Source: Malacoraja senta (lineage: Eukaryota). Taken from it: DNA of 64,000 nt. The position numbers and the translations under genes are program-made. The stretch lies in NCBI GenBank assembly GCA_038087875.1, contig CM075987.1, positions 18,912,001 to 18,976,000 of the forward strand, given 5' to 3'. This document shows positions 1 to 14,000 of the stretch, piece by piece. The notes under the pieces are model-generated. The model worked only from the letters and a program-made list of their open reading frames with translations. It searched no databases and had not been told where the DNA came from. Within the stretch, counting starts at the first letter, position 1. Each line of letters starts with the position of its first letter.

Positions 1-1478
1 AGCTTCTTTATTTTTAATTCATTTTTTCCTCACTGTCCCAGTTTTTCTAAACATCATGCTAGTGGGTTTGCTCATTAATCTTGCAGATGACCTACTAAAA
101 AATTCAGAACAGGAGGCTTTTCTAAAAGCAAAAATAAGCACTAGGTCTCACCAGGGCACTCTACCTTAAAATTGGTATAGCTACAATGGTTAAAATATGT
201 ATTGACTTTCATTCAGGCTTTTTTTTTTTTTTTAAGTATCATTATTTTATCATTGAAAAAATACATTTTCCAAAAATATACTATTTTCACTGACTGAGCA
301 AGGAATCTGATGAAAAACAGAAAATAAATTGGAGAACATTTCTGGCTGGTGTTGCCACAAAGCAAGCACTGCATTTGGTGTGATTAAAATACATCAAAAC
401 TATTCCTCACTATCCAATTAATATGATCGATTTAACAAGGGGTTAAGAATGATTCTTTCAATACTTTTAATACTTGGACATTGAGGCAAAGTTCTTTAAA
501 GTTAGAAGATATGGCCAAATTGTTATGCCACACAACTGAACTGATCACAAAAATCAAATTAGAGTGTTCAATTCTTATCCAATTCTGAAACTTATGCAGG
601 CGAGTACACATTCAACAAGGAGACTAGGGTGTGAACTGAAGTACAATTTTAACAATCTAAATGACAGCAAGTTAGCACATTGTTTGCACACACCCTGATG
701 CCTATGCTGAGCTAAACCAACACAATTATTCAATAAATGAGATAACTTTATTCAGTTTGGTAAACTTAAATATCATCTCAAATTAGAAATGGAGGCGTAG
801 GATCAGAGGATATTTCAATTAATTAGTTTGGTAGAAGATGTTAGGAGGTCCTCCTCGAGACTGATAAACTAGTTAAATTATTGGTCCAGCAACGTACACT
901 GGGGACAGTTAGTGTGTCTTTGCAAATACTACAAGGGTAGTTAAAGCTGCAGAAGCATCAGATCAAGAATACGACCTCATGCTCCAATCATAAAGTAGAT
1001 CAATAAATTCCAAATTCTCTCCGCAGCTTTCAATTCTGTTAAACTTAAAGGGAAAATTAAAAGAGTAGATGGAAGAAAAAGAGGGAAAACTTAAAGAAAA
1101 CTTAAAAAGACAGGTTCATATCATGCAACACATCCCAACTCCTCATCCAATGATGAATGGCACATTTGCCAATTTAAAAAAATCATACCAGAATCAGCAA
1201 TCAGAAATGAGCAGCGAAGGGATGATGTGTGGGCATGATTGTAAATTCCTCCAAAAAGGCACACAAACAACTTAAGTACTTATCATGCTGCCTAAAAGTG
1301 ATTGAGTTCTCAAAGATACTCACAATTAAGTCACGCCTTAGACCTAAACATCATTGTCCAGACTGATATTCATAACAAATGGTGGTGTGATCTGGAGATA
1401 ACAAATATCCTCACCAGAACAGCTACCTGTACAAAACAGATGAGCCATTCATTATCCAGGAATTACTTGAAAATTGTT

Positions 1479-2026
1479 TTAAACACAAGGACGGGTATAT
1501 TTGGTTTTCCACCTTTTGGACCTCATTTGGAAATAGAAGTACATGATCATGAGGAAAAAACTGGAAGCTCCATACAACAGGATACAAAGGCTCATGTCCA
1601 TCCTGGAAAAGCCTACTCCAAGAAATGAAATATGTTTCCCTTCTTTTCTATAGCTGTCTAGCTCCTGTCTTTCCATGTTTTGGTCCAGCAGATCAGTCCT
1701 TTCTCGCTTCACCAAGGCACCATTTCTTGAGTTTTGGTCTATGTTCTGGGCATCGATTTTCAGCTCCTTTTGGCTATGCATCAACTGGGGTGGACCTTGC
1801 TCTTTACCTTTCTTTCCATTATCTTTGACAACTGCCTTGTGGATTTGAGACTCATATCCACTATATTTATATGAAATATTGTCCACACTGTAATGTGATT
1901 TCAAAAATCTCAGAACCTCCTCCTCCTTCCAGGTATCGAGACCTTTGATTTCTTCATGACATACAGGACAGCCATCAGCAGTTGGCCATGCCACTTTAGG
2001 GAACATTGGATCCTCACTTGGAGCAC
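1479..2026 (-). CDS. QSOX2: QSOX2 exon 12 (terminal coding exon, TM anchor)
   Basis: CTTTAG|(G)[25 protein letters not shown]...[42 protein letters not shown]. Confidence 0.95.
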
Positions 2027-5000
2027 CTAAAGCAGCAAAAACCAAGTTAGATAACACTGGAAGATTAACACAGATTGTTATGGAAGTAAACAAGAGTAAA
2101 TTAAAGATTTAAAATTTAAGAGTAAGTTTAAGATCAACCTCAAATTACTGGGTGCTAACACATAAGGTGCCCTGTTTTTGGTCCCAGCAAACAGATGTAA
2201 TCACAAAGGCAGCGCACTGATCAAAATGTTACCTATCCATTTTCTCCAGTAATGCTGCCTGATCCACTCAGTTACTTCAGTACTTTTTTTTTTTTTGTGT
2301 GGGTCAATGCAAATTACCAGGGTGCTGTCTGGATTAAGAGGACATTAGCTAAAAAGAGATAGAACAAACTTGGATTATTTTCTCTGGAGTGGAGGCCAAG
2401 AGGTGACCTGATAGCAATAAACATAGAAACATAGAAAATAGGTGCAGGAGTACGCCATTCGGCCCTCCGATATGATCATGGCTGATCATCCAACTCAGTA
2501 TCCTGTACCTGCCTTCTCTCCATACCCCCTGATCCCTTTAGCCCCAAGGGCCACATCTAACTCCCTCTTAAATATAGCCAATGAACTGGCCTCAACTACC
2601 TTCTGTGGCAGAGAGTTCCAGAGATTCACCACTCTTCTGTGTGAAAAATGTTCTTCTCATCTCGGTCCTAAAGGATTTCCCCTTAATCCTTAAACTGTGC
2701 CCCCTTGTCCTGGACTTCCCCAACATCGGGAACAATCTTCCTGCATCTAGCCTGTCCAACCCCTTAAGAATTTTGTAAGTTTCTATAAGATCCCCCTCAA
2801 TCTTCTAAATTCTAGCGAGTACAAGCCGAGTCTATCCAGTCTTTCTTCATATAAAAGTCCTGACATCCCAGGAATCAATCTGGTGAACCTTCTCTGTACT
2901 CCCTCTATGGCAAGAATGTCTTTCCTCAGATTTGGAGACCAAAACTGTACGCAATACTCCAGGTGTGGTCTCATCAAGACCCTGTACAACTGCAGTAGAA
3001 CCTCCCTGCTCCTATACTCAAATCCTTTTGATATGAATGCTAACATACCATTCGCTTTCTTCACTGCCTGCTGCACCTGCATGCCTACTATCAATGACTG
3101 GTGTACCATGACACCCAGGTCTCGTTGCATCTCCCCTTTTCCTAATCGGCCACCATTTAGATAATAGTCTACTTTCCTGTTTTTGCCACCAAAGTGGATA
3201 ACCTCACATTTATCCACATTATACTGCATCTGCCATGCATTTGCCCACTCACCCAGCCTATCCAAGTCACCTTGCAGCCTCCTAGCATCCTCCTCACAGC
3301 TAACACTGCCCCCCAGCTTCGTGTCATCCGCAAACTTGGAGATGTTGCATTCAATTCCCTCATCCAAATCATTAATATATATTGTAAATAGCTGGGGCCC
3401 CAGCACTGAGCCTTGCGGTACCCCACTAGTCACTGCCTGCCATTCTGAAAAGGACCCGTTTACTCCTACTCTTTGCTTCCTGTTTGCCAGCCAGTTCTCT
3501 ATCCACATCAATACTGAACCCCCAATACCGTGTGCTTTAAGTTTGTATACTAACCTCTTACGTGGGACCTTGTCGAAAGCCTTCTGAAAGTCCAGATATA
3601 ACACATCCACTGGTTCTCCCTTATCCACTCTACTAGTTACATCCTCGAAAAATTCTATAAGATTCGTCAGACATGATTTACCTTTCGTAAATCCATGCTG
3701 ACTTTGTCCAATGATTTCACCACTTTCCAAATGTGCTGCTATCCCATCTTTAATAACTGACTCTAGCAGTTTCCCCACTACCGATGTTAGACTAACTGGT
3801 CTGTAATTCCCCGTTTTCTCTCTCCCTCCCTTTTTAAAAAGGGGGATTACATTAGCTACCCTCCAACCCTCAGGAACTACTCCAGAATCTAAGGAGTTTT
3901 GAAAAATTATCACTAATGCATCCACTATTTCTGGGGCTACTTCCTTAAGTACTCTGGGATGCAGCCTATCTGGCCCTGGGGATTTATTGGCCTTTAATCC
4001 ATTCAATTTACCTAACACCACTTCCCGGCTAACCTGGATTTCACTCAGTTCCTCCATCTCATTTGACCCGCGGTCTCCTGCTATTTCCGGCAGATTATTT
4101 ATGTCTTCCTTAGTGAAGCAAGAACCAAAGTAGTTATTCAATTGGTCTGCCATGTCCTTGTTCCCCATGATCAATTCACCTGTTTCTGACTGCAAGGGAC
4201 CTACATTTGTTTTAACTAATCTCTTTTTCTTCACATATCTATAAAAACGTTTGCAGTCAGTTTTTATGTTCCCTGCTAGTTTTCTTTCATAATCTATTTT
4301 CCCTTTCCTAATTAAGTACATAAAATAATGAGAGACATAGATAAGGTAGACAGTCAGAATCATTTTCCCAGAGTGGAAATGCCAAGTACTTGAGGACATT
4401 GCTTTATAGTGAAAGTTTAAAGGAGAAGTGCAGGGGCAATTCTTTTTATATACACAGAGAGTGGTGAGTACCTGGAAGGTACTGCTGGGGTCGTGGTGGA
4501 GGCGGATACGATAGTGGCCTTCCATCATGCACAGAATAGAGATACATGGGTCTTATGCAAGCAACAATTATTAGGTTAACTTCGCATCATATCCGGCACA
4601 GACATCATGGGCCAAAGGACCCGTTTCTGTGCCATACCGTTCTGTTCTGAGATTATTCTATATTAATTTAACGTTTATGCCGGATTCAAGGCATATTTTA
4701 TGTCATTATATTCTATATGCAGCTGGGCAGTGAGAATTCTTCTGCCAGTAGAATTCACCCCAAAAAATAGTAAATGTACAACCTATGAAGGTGTAAATTA
4801 ATTTTCATTTGGAGAAAACTGAAGCCCTCTCTTGTATTGCAAAATAACAGCAGTGTTGAGAATAATTAACGAGGGGAACTGTCCAGTACATATTATTAAA
4901 AGCATTTAATGCCCAGGCTATATCATGACAATGTCATATTTTCCACGTTTCCAGATAAGGAAAACTTGAATCAATCTAATTTCTGTGCAAAACTGTGATC

Positions 5001-8000
5001 GCAAAGGCTGCACAGGAACTGCTATAAATATTGCAGCATCAATGTAGAAAAACTAAAGACATCAGTCCTGGTTCTTAACATAAGGTTAACTTCTGAAAGT
5101 CTCATGTAGACAGTGCCTTTAAAGGTACGCTGACAGATGCATTATTCAGTTGTAACTGCCTCCTCTACCAGCTGTTTCTTTGAAGCCTTTTTTGTACAGG
5201 CCTTGGGCCTGGTTAACAATTCATTACAGCACAAGCAAAACAAAACCAACTGACTCCTACTTTGTGGATTGTGAATGCAGGATTCTCCCTTTCACTGGTT
5301 ATTGGTCGACAGATGACAGGTTGCATGTCATAATTCTCCAAAGATGGGGTGAGTGCAGGCAGTGCGTAAAGGGCAGAATTTTCAAATGCGACCATCTCTT
5401 GGGTGTCACAGCGACCTCTTTTACTTGATCCCTCCAAACAGTCAGTTACAAAAACACAATGGACATGCAAGTCCTGTGCTACTTATAGTGGCAAAATAAA
5501 ATAAACAACGATCGAACACAGATGTCTTGTAAGCCTTAGTCTATATTTCCTTCATACCGCACAAAAAAAAAGCAGACTACTATTCAGATATACAGGCTGA
5601 ATCACACAAGTAGCCACTACAAGTTGACTAGTGTAGCTGCAGCTGCAGAGCACAATTAATTTGTGCACACCCTTGCTGTGGTGTTATTGTACGTTTGTCA
5701 GTATCAATCATTGTTCTCGCCATTTGGCCTTGTGTTAGTAAATGGGATCAATTTTATGGATCATTAGACAGGCTTGGGTATTCAGAATATGGTATAGATA
5801 GGGAAAAATACATATGGAATAAAATACACAACAAAGCCTGATCAAACTGCCCTCGAAGGGTGTCCCTTTACAAAAAATACAACGATTCATCTATATTGGG
5901 GAGCAATAATTCAGAAATACGTGCTTGAGAAGATGCCCTCTCCTTTCTTTTCTGACATTAGCAAAACAGTACTTAATAGTCCACTTGCATTCAAGTGGTA
6001 ATTGAATACAACTTCCAAACAATGACATCACTCAACAATGGGGGCGCAGAACAAAGCAGGAAATTTACATATTACATGTTTACACCACCATACGATATGC
6101 AAAGCCAGGTTAAGTTAACTGTTACAATTCCGCCAACTGAAATATTCACGTTTAATCATAAGGAATCTAATTTTGGTTATGTGAACATGGAATGTTAGCG
6201 CAATCTCATTTACGTTTGTTGAGGTGTATAATATTTTGATCCCGAGGTGCCATCCCCCCCTCCAAATAAAATTAAATGATACTCGCTGCCCCCCTCATAA
6301 TCCCGATATACCCCATACACCACCTAAGTAACAGTGACTGTCCTGTTAGTCCACATGCGCATGTATACAGAGTTGGAGAGATATAAGCCTCAAGATCTGG
6401 ATTAATTGAAGGCAGTTGTGTCGACATAAATACCAAATAGCGGGGAGATAGAATAAAAGCAGAGGATCCACTCCAACTGGAAGGAAGAGGATCGCAGTTA
6501 TATATCCCAGCTCTGTGCAGAGGCTAACTGAACAGACTTTGGAAAAAAGAAATGGGTGATGTTTTGGGTCGAGACCCTTCATCAGACTAGAGACAGTTGG
6601 CTCTGTTGGCGAGGCAATGGCAATTACATTCCTGACACCAGAATCTTGAAACAGATGTTCTATTCTGAGCCCTTCTACAGGATGAAATTTCTAAAACAGA
6701 AAAAATGATTCAAGGACGTGTGTGAAGTATCCTTGAAAAAAATTAACATTCTCAATTGCTCTTGAGGACCCCCAGATCTTCAATGCCCTTTCCCTCAATT
6801 GACCAAAGCTACTGCACGGAAATAAAAATCTTTTACATTGTGGGTACTCTGCTGATCTTTAAACATTAAAGATCAGCACATACCACCGGGTGGCGCCGCG
6901 ATGGCAGCCTTGCCAAGTCTGTCTGTCTTTTAGTCTTTGTTTTGTTATTTTTAGTGTGTTTTAAAAGTATGTGTCAATGCTCTCTAGTTTGTTTTATGTG
7001 GGGGTTGGGCGGAGAGGGGGGGGGGGTCGTGGGAAACTTAAAAAAAATCTCTTACCTTGCCGGAGATGCGATTGTTTTCCGGATCGTATCTCCGGTTGCT
7101 CTGCGGCCTAACATCATGGAGCTGGCGGCCTTGCTCTGGACTGACTTTGAGCCCAACGCGGGGATGTGGACTTACCATCGGAGCCGATCCCTTGCCTGCG
7201 ATCGACGCTCCAACCTCGGCCTGCGGATTTCACCATCGAGGAGCTCGCAGTCTTGGGTAGAGACCGATGTCGGGAGCTCCAAACGACGCAGAAGGTTTCG
7301 ACCAGCCCTGACCCGGGGTCAGATCGCCTGGTGCGGGGGAGCTGAGAATCCCCCCCGATGCAGAAGCTAAACGCCCCGATGCGAGGGCCCAAACGCCGCC
7401 GGCTACGGGAGCCAAGATCGCCCATCAACGGAAGGCTCAAGGACCCGACCGCGGGAGAACAAAGAAGGGAAGAGATTGAACTTTTTTTCGCCTTCCATCA
7501 CAGTGATGAATGTGGAGGAGTCACTGTGGTGGATGTTCGTGTTAAAATGTATTTTGTGTGTTTTGTTGCTTTTTATTGGTATGACTGTATGGCAAATCAA
7601 ATTCCTCGTATGTTGCAAAACATACTTGGCTAATAAAGTATGATTAAGGTTATGATGATTATGGCAACACAACCAATGTTGCTTACTTCTAATCAACTTA
7701 TCTTACCTGCCAGTCTAATGTTCACTTCATTATGCTTTTTCCATAACCAGAGAATGGCACCATCTAGTGTTTGCACTTCAGCCATTGACTCTCTAGCCAT
7801 TTCTTCAAAGTGTTGTGCACAGTCCCTGCAGCCGAAGAAATGATGAATGTATCTTCTGATAACTTGTAGAACTACCTGAGGCCCACTGTCAAAACCTAGA
7901 CAGACAGAAAAAAAATATTTAGGAACAAGGATCATGATCTCTTTTATCCTGACAGGTATTCTGTGAAGGAAAGTTCTGTTCGATTTTTCTTCAGATTTGA

Positions 8001-11000
8001 AAAAGAACACTAATTTCAAAACTTGTTTTTAAGTCTTAATCATTAATTATTTTCCCAATTTGGTTACATCCTATTCTTTTCAAAGAGAAAATGTGCAAAT
8101 CGTAATTTTCCAAAGAGCATAAATCCAGACTTAATTAGCGCAGAATAAAATCACCCTGATTACTACTGCACAATTATTGCATACCCCTCTTATTTCATCT
8201 ACAATATTATCCCCAATCATCACCATTGCTGTCTGAGGTTTTACATAAAACTCTCATTAACATTTTGTGCCCATGATATTTCTTAGCTCTACTGTTAGAA
8301 ATTTAATATCATCTGAGCTAATATACCTTTTCACTGTTGCATTAATTCCCTTTTTAACCAGCAATGCTACTCCACCACCATTCCGTTTCTCCCGTTCTCA
8401 CTGAATACTGAAGGAGAAATACCCTCCTGTTCTGCTTACAATTGACTCCCTTAGCACCCTATTTCTTCAAGCATTTTCCACTCACAGCCAACCATGTTGT
8501 CATGAACTTGAGCGCTGTGGCCTTTACCTGACAAGCTACCGCCCCAAACAATATCCAAAGCTGTATATCTGACAGAGAAGGAAATGGAAACAGGGGATTC
8601 GTCTACTGTGCGTAGCAGGTACCCGTACCATTCTTGCCAATTAATTAATTCGTAGCTTTAACTTCAGATTCAAAATGCAGTGAAGCAGCATCTGTTCCTG
8701 TGTTACATTTCCAACTCGAGGTCAGCAGGATATGTGGAAGTGCCACTGATTTCCCATGAAGGACTGGAGGATTGTTGCCATGGATCCTGGTTCTCCTGCC
8801 ACAACATAATCTTAATTTAATTTAAATTACATTAATAAGGTCTTATTAATCTAGTTGGGCCTGAAGGTAGATAGTAAGAGTCTTTTTCGCCAAGGTGGAA
8901 ATGTCAAACGCAAGTCGCTCAGCTGTAAGGTGAAAGGAGAAAAGTATAAAAGATTTGCAATGCACGTTTATTTGTACCGAGAGCGGTAAGTCCCGCTGAG
9001 TTACTCCAGCTTTTTGTGTCTCTCTGCGGTAGGTGTATGGAATGCGAGAATTGGTGGAAGCAGATATGATGGCAATGAGTAATTTAGAAAGGCATATGAA
9101 TAAACAGGGAATGGATGATTGTAGACAATGTGCAGGCAGATGGAATTAGTTTTGACTGGTACCGTGGTTGGCATTGTGGACCAAAGGGTTGTGCTATTCT
9201 ATGTACATATTTTATTTTCAACACATCTGCCCACAAAATTAACGGACCTAGCAAACTCTCGGGCCCATTGCCTCTTTCAAACAATTGTAAATACTCATTA
9301 TCAACAATTCAGAAATATTTTGTCAAAAAGTACTAATAGTTATCATTAATGCCAACACATATATCTGACTAAAATACCTGAAAAACAGAATCCAGTAAAG
9401 GAACAGCATGAAAAATTAGTGAGATCAGTTGCTTATAAGCTGGTGAAATTAAAAAATATGCCATCCATCACACTAATCCATTATGCTATCATGAAAACTC
9501 TACCTATTAATGATATTATTCTGCGGCTCATAGCAAAAAACTCAGAGCTTTCAGTTAATCCTACAGCAATTTATCAGAAGTATGGGACTAACCTTGATCT
9601 AGTACACATTCCCATCTCAAGTTATTAAGGAAAACAGTGCTCTATAATTTCAGTAAAGACAGCAACTAGGGGAAAAATAAGAGGCAAAAAACAAGTGTGG
9701 TTTTTTTGTTAAATAGGCTGAAAGACAAAGAAATCCGGGACAATTACATATTTCCCCTTAATTTAGTCACTCTTTTTCAATTAATCATTAGGTCATCCAA
9801 GTAATTTTTTTTTGTGCATAGCCTACCATTACCAATTTATCCACCGTGGCCACTCATAAAGTCTCATCTTTCTCAGTTTACTCCATTACCTTATTCTCAA
9901 GTAATCATGGATAATATTCACGAGCAGGCTCTTGAAATGTACACCATATTTCGAAAAGCCATATTTAGGTTGCCCTAAACAGCCCTCAGTCAATTTAAAC
10001 AGGTGAACCAACTGAGCATAGTTCTGAACCTCTGCTCTTATAAAAGACTGTTTACATGACTAATCCAATTAAGTGCCCGAGGCAAGTCACATTATAAGAA
10101 ACCCAATCTGGAAGGAAAGAACGTGCAAGGTTATGGGAACAGAATTGGGGAATAGGACAAACTGAGCTGCCCTTTTATCTGTAGGAAGGAACTGCAGATG
10201 CTGGTTTAAAACGAAGATAGACACAAAAAGCTGGAGTAACTCACAGGGACAGGCAGCATCTCTGGAGAGAAGGAATGGGTGACGTTTCGGGTTGAGACCC
10301 TTATGCTACCTGTCCCGCTGAGTTACTTCAGCTTTTGGTGTCTACCTTGCTGGCATATAGCTGGCATGGTTTAGCCAAGTGAAATTAATTGCTTCATTGT
10401 TCTATGTTTCTGAAACCAGTCCGGGAGTTCTTCCCGGTTTCCTGGAATGTCAGCAAAAAAGTAATTGCATCACTGTACAGCTGCCTTCTGAAATATTCTA
10501 TGTAACATATTATGAATTTTTGCATTGGCAATAGGAAATTCGGGCCGGGTTCCCCAAAATTCTTAAGAGCAGCGAAAACAGTTTGTTTTATACAAAGCAC
10601 TAATGTCAAAGGAAAGCATGAAGAAGGGTCTCGACCCGAAACGTCACCCATCCCTTCTCTCCAGAGATGCTGCCTGACCCGCTGAGTTACTCCAGCATTT
10701 TGTGTCTACCTTCGATTTAAACCAGCATCTGCAGTTCTTTCCTACACATTAGCTCCCCCTGTGGTAGATATGGTACAAAACAGACACACAAGAAACAGCA
10801 GATGCTGGAATTTTGAGTAAATAAAAACAAACTGATGGAGGAACTCAGCGGGCCAGGCAGCAGTCTGAAGAAGGATATTGACCCAAAACGTCATCTGTTC
10901 ATTTTGCTTTACAGATGCTGCATGGCCCACTGAGTTTCTCCAGGAGTTTGTTTTTTTGCCAGAGTTGTGGCACAACTTGCTTACAGTAAAGATCATGAAA

Positions 11001-14000
11001 TAAAGCATTCTTAAAGTGCTGAAGTAACTCAGTGGGTCAGGCTGCAACCGTGGAGGGATTGGAGTCTGAAGAAGAATCCCAAACTGAAATGTCACCTATC
11101 CATACCCTCCACATATTCTGCCTGACCTAAGTTATTCCACCATTGTTTTGATTAACCTGCTTATATTAGGTTAGGCAGAGGATACAAATGACCTTAAGAG
11201 ACACGTCACAGTGACACACGAACAGCCAGAAGAGTTGACAAAATTATTTAATAATTGGTATCCATTTTATTTTGATTTTAACATTTTATTGCAATTTACA
11301 ACCCCAATTAATTGTGAGATTTATTACTTTTTATAATTTGTGCTTTAACAAAGGGTGTACAAATAAACTGTGCAATGCAATTTACAGAATTGTGACACTG
11401 AAAGTTATGATACACTAACTTCTGTTGTAACAACATAGATGTACATTTGTATCGCTAAACATCTTCTTAAAACTTTGTCAGCTAAGAGATGAATTTATAT
11501 TTGATGAAAACACACCACTCTTAGGACGTAATCTACCTATCCTCGTCCAAGATTAAGTAACCGCTGACCTCTGCAATTTAATTCATACTAATCTTTAAAG
11601 TGTACAATAACATAAACCTACCTGCAGTGCAGGATTAAAAGATCTTCACTGGTTACATGAGACAATGTGGATAAGTCATAAGAAGGAAAAATTCTATAGA
11701 TAATCCAGCTGACTTAGCTGACCCAATTCTTCAAACAGCATTATAAGAGTAACTCACAACCCGTTTCATCTCATTAGTGAACAAATGTCAAACACCAGCT
11801 GGTGTTAGGAAGCAAAATGATAAAGCACATTTTGTTGATTTTATCATCTCCTCTCCAGCAACTCATTCATGAGAAAAGTTACCATGTTATCTATAGTCTT
11901 AACAATCATTGTTTAAGATGCTTGAAAAAAGAAATGCCAACTCTCGATCAAATCTAATGCTATCCCCAGTGTGCATTTTCCAGCAGGCTTCGCATGACCA
12001 GGAACATCCTGCAGATTTCTTCTTTGACGCTACAATCCCCGTCCTGCACTCCCCACCTCACTAATCTACAGACAGAAGAACAATTAATGCCACCTTATCC
12101 TGTTGTGATCAACTAATTTGGCAGCTCATTGATCTAAAATATTACCTGTTTCCCACTCCACAGATGCTTCCTGGGCTGCAGAATACTTCCAGAATTTTCT
12201 CTTCTTATATTAGTTTACAACATCTGCAATATTTTGGTTTTGGTTTTATTATCTGATCATTTTACATTATTTAAGTTTACAAGAAAGATTTTGGCCTCTG
12301 CAAATTCAGTGTTGTTAATTTTGAATTATCTTTGTTGCTTATCATGAGTAATCTTAAAAGTTTCTTATAAGAAAAGCAAACCGAGTAGCAAAATCAGTAG
12401 CTAATTTGTACTTGATTCACATTGATAATACTAGTTTAGAATGAACAGGATAAACTCTCTACAATATTTGGATTATTGCTGAGAGGAGACAATATTATAC
12501 AGGAAATAACATATTGGCATGGGTAGAAGATTGACTGCCTAACAGGAAACACAGTAGATATAGACGGGTCTTCTTCTGGTTGACAAAGAGTATCAAGTGA
12601 TATGCCACAGGGATATACTGCTGATGCCTCAATTATTTAACTATTTATGCAAACGTAACCATTACTAAATCTGTTGACTATACAAAGATGGGGAGGAAAT
12701 TAGGTTGTGAAAAGGTAGAGAACTTAGTAATTTGGTGTCAAGTTATTGACTTCAAGAAACAAGGCAGTGTACACAAGTAGAGATGCTCAAGTGCTTTCAG
12801 TCCTACGATGTAAACTGTGAACAACATTGATGTTTGCTCTGGACCAACCACATTTAAGCTAGGCCAAGATGCTTCCTTAAAGGGCAGTGGATGCAGAGTT
12901 TGAGTATTTTTATGGCAGAGGTGACAGATTTTTTCAAAAGCAAAGGAGTTTAAGATTACCAGAAGCTATGCTAGAAAGTGGATAGTGGACTTGAGGTTAT
13001 AATCTGATCATCCTGTATTTTATTTAATTGTGCAGCAAGTTCAAGAGGTCAGGTGGATTTATTCTGCTCCTAATTTGTATGTTTCCAGTCATTGGCATTA
13101 ACAAATTTAGCACATGTTGTAAATCTCTTTGGGTTACAGTAATATAACTGCTTTTAAAGAATGTTTACCAGCAATGATCTGCATTTCAGGACGTGTCTCA
13201 GCATGTACTGTCAAGATATGGAAGAGTGTCCAGAGAGAGCATGGGTAACCTCTGTACTGTGGTTGGCTACCCTGGCAGCCTACCCACTCGACTGTATTTC
13301 TCAAAAACATTCCTGATATCTGCAAGAGAAGAACACACAAATAAATACCTAAAAATATATTTATGCCTTCATTATTTATAAGATTTTTCAAAATAACTGT
13401 ACCCAAGTGTTGGAAGATGTTACTTTTCCATTAGCCCTAAAAAGTTGAATGCATAATAATTTTGTCATGAATACAATTGCTATTTCCTAACAAATCATCG
13501 CCAGGGTATGGGGTTCACTGGCCCATCTCAGGTTTTGCAAAGTGTGCCAGCTTCTTGAACCATTGCCATGATTTTGTGCCAATAAGTGGCTAGCCATGTC
13601 ACTTCAAGAACTCAAGCAATGATACTGTGGAAGAAGTTTCCATTTACAGTTCAGACCAGGTAAGGTTAGAGTCATAGAGTCATAGAGTGATACAGTGTGG
13701 AAACAGGCCCTTCGGCCCAACTCGTCCACACCAGCCAACAATGTCCCAGCTACACTAGTCCCACTTGCCTGTGCTTGGTCCATATCCCTCCAAACCTGTC
13801 TATCCATGTACCTGTCTAATTGTTTCTTAAACAATGGGATAGTCCCAGCCTCAACTACCTCCTCTGGCAGCTTACAGCCACCACCCTTTGTGTGAAAAAG
13901 TTACCCCTCGGATGCCTATTAAATCTTTTCCCCTTCATCTTGAACCCATGTTCTCTGGTCCTCGATTCCCCACTCTGGGCAAAAGACTCTGTGCATCTAC

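Noticed and set aside
1..1478. A defined QSOX2 poly(A) site
   Set aside because: Minus-strand AATAAA occurs at 747-752 and 7-12, but AT-rich DNA makes the true site undecidable without transcript data.
2783..4528. 581-aa ORF as an intact gene
   Set aside because: The first ~70 aa read antisense through an older CR1 fragment; the rest is a 5'-truncated CR1 RT with a frameshift near 2790.
5180..6600. Short ORFs in intron 11 as a nested gene
   Set aside because: No recognisable domains or consistent exon chain.
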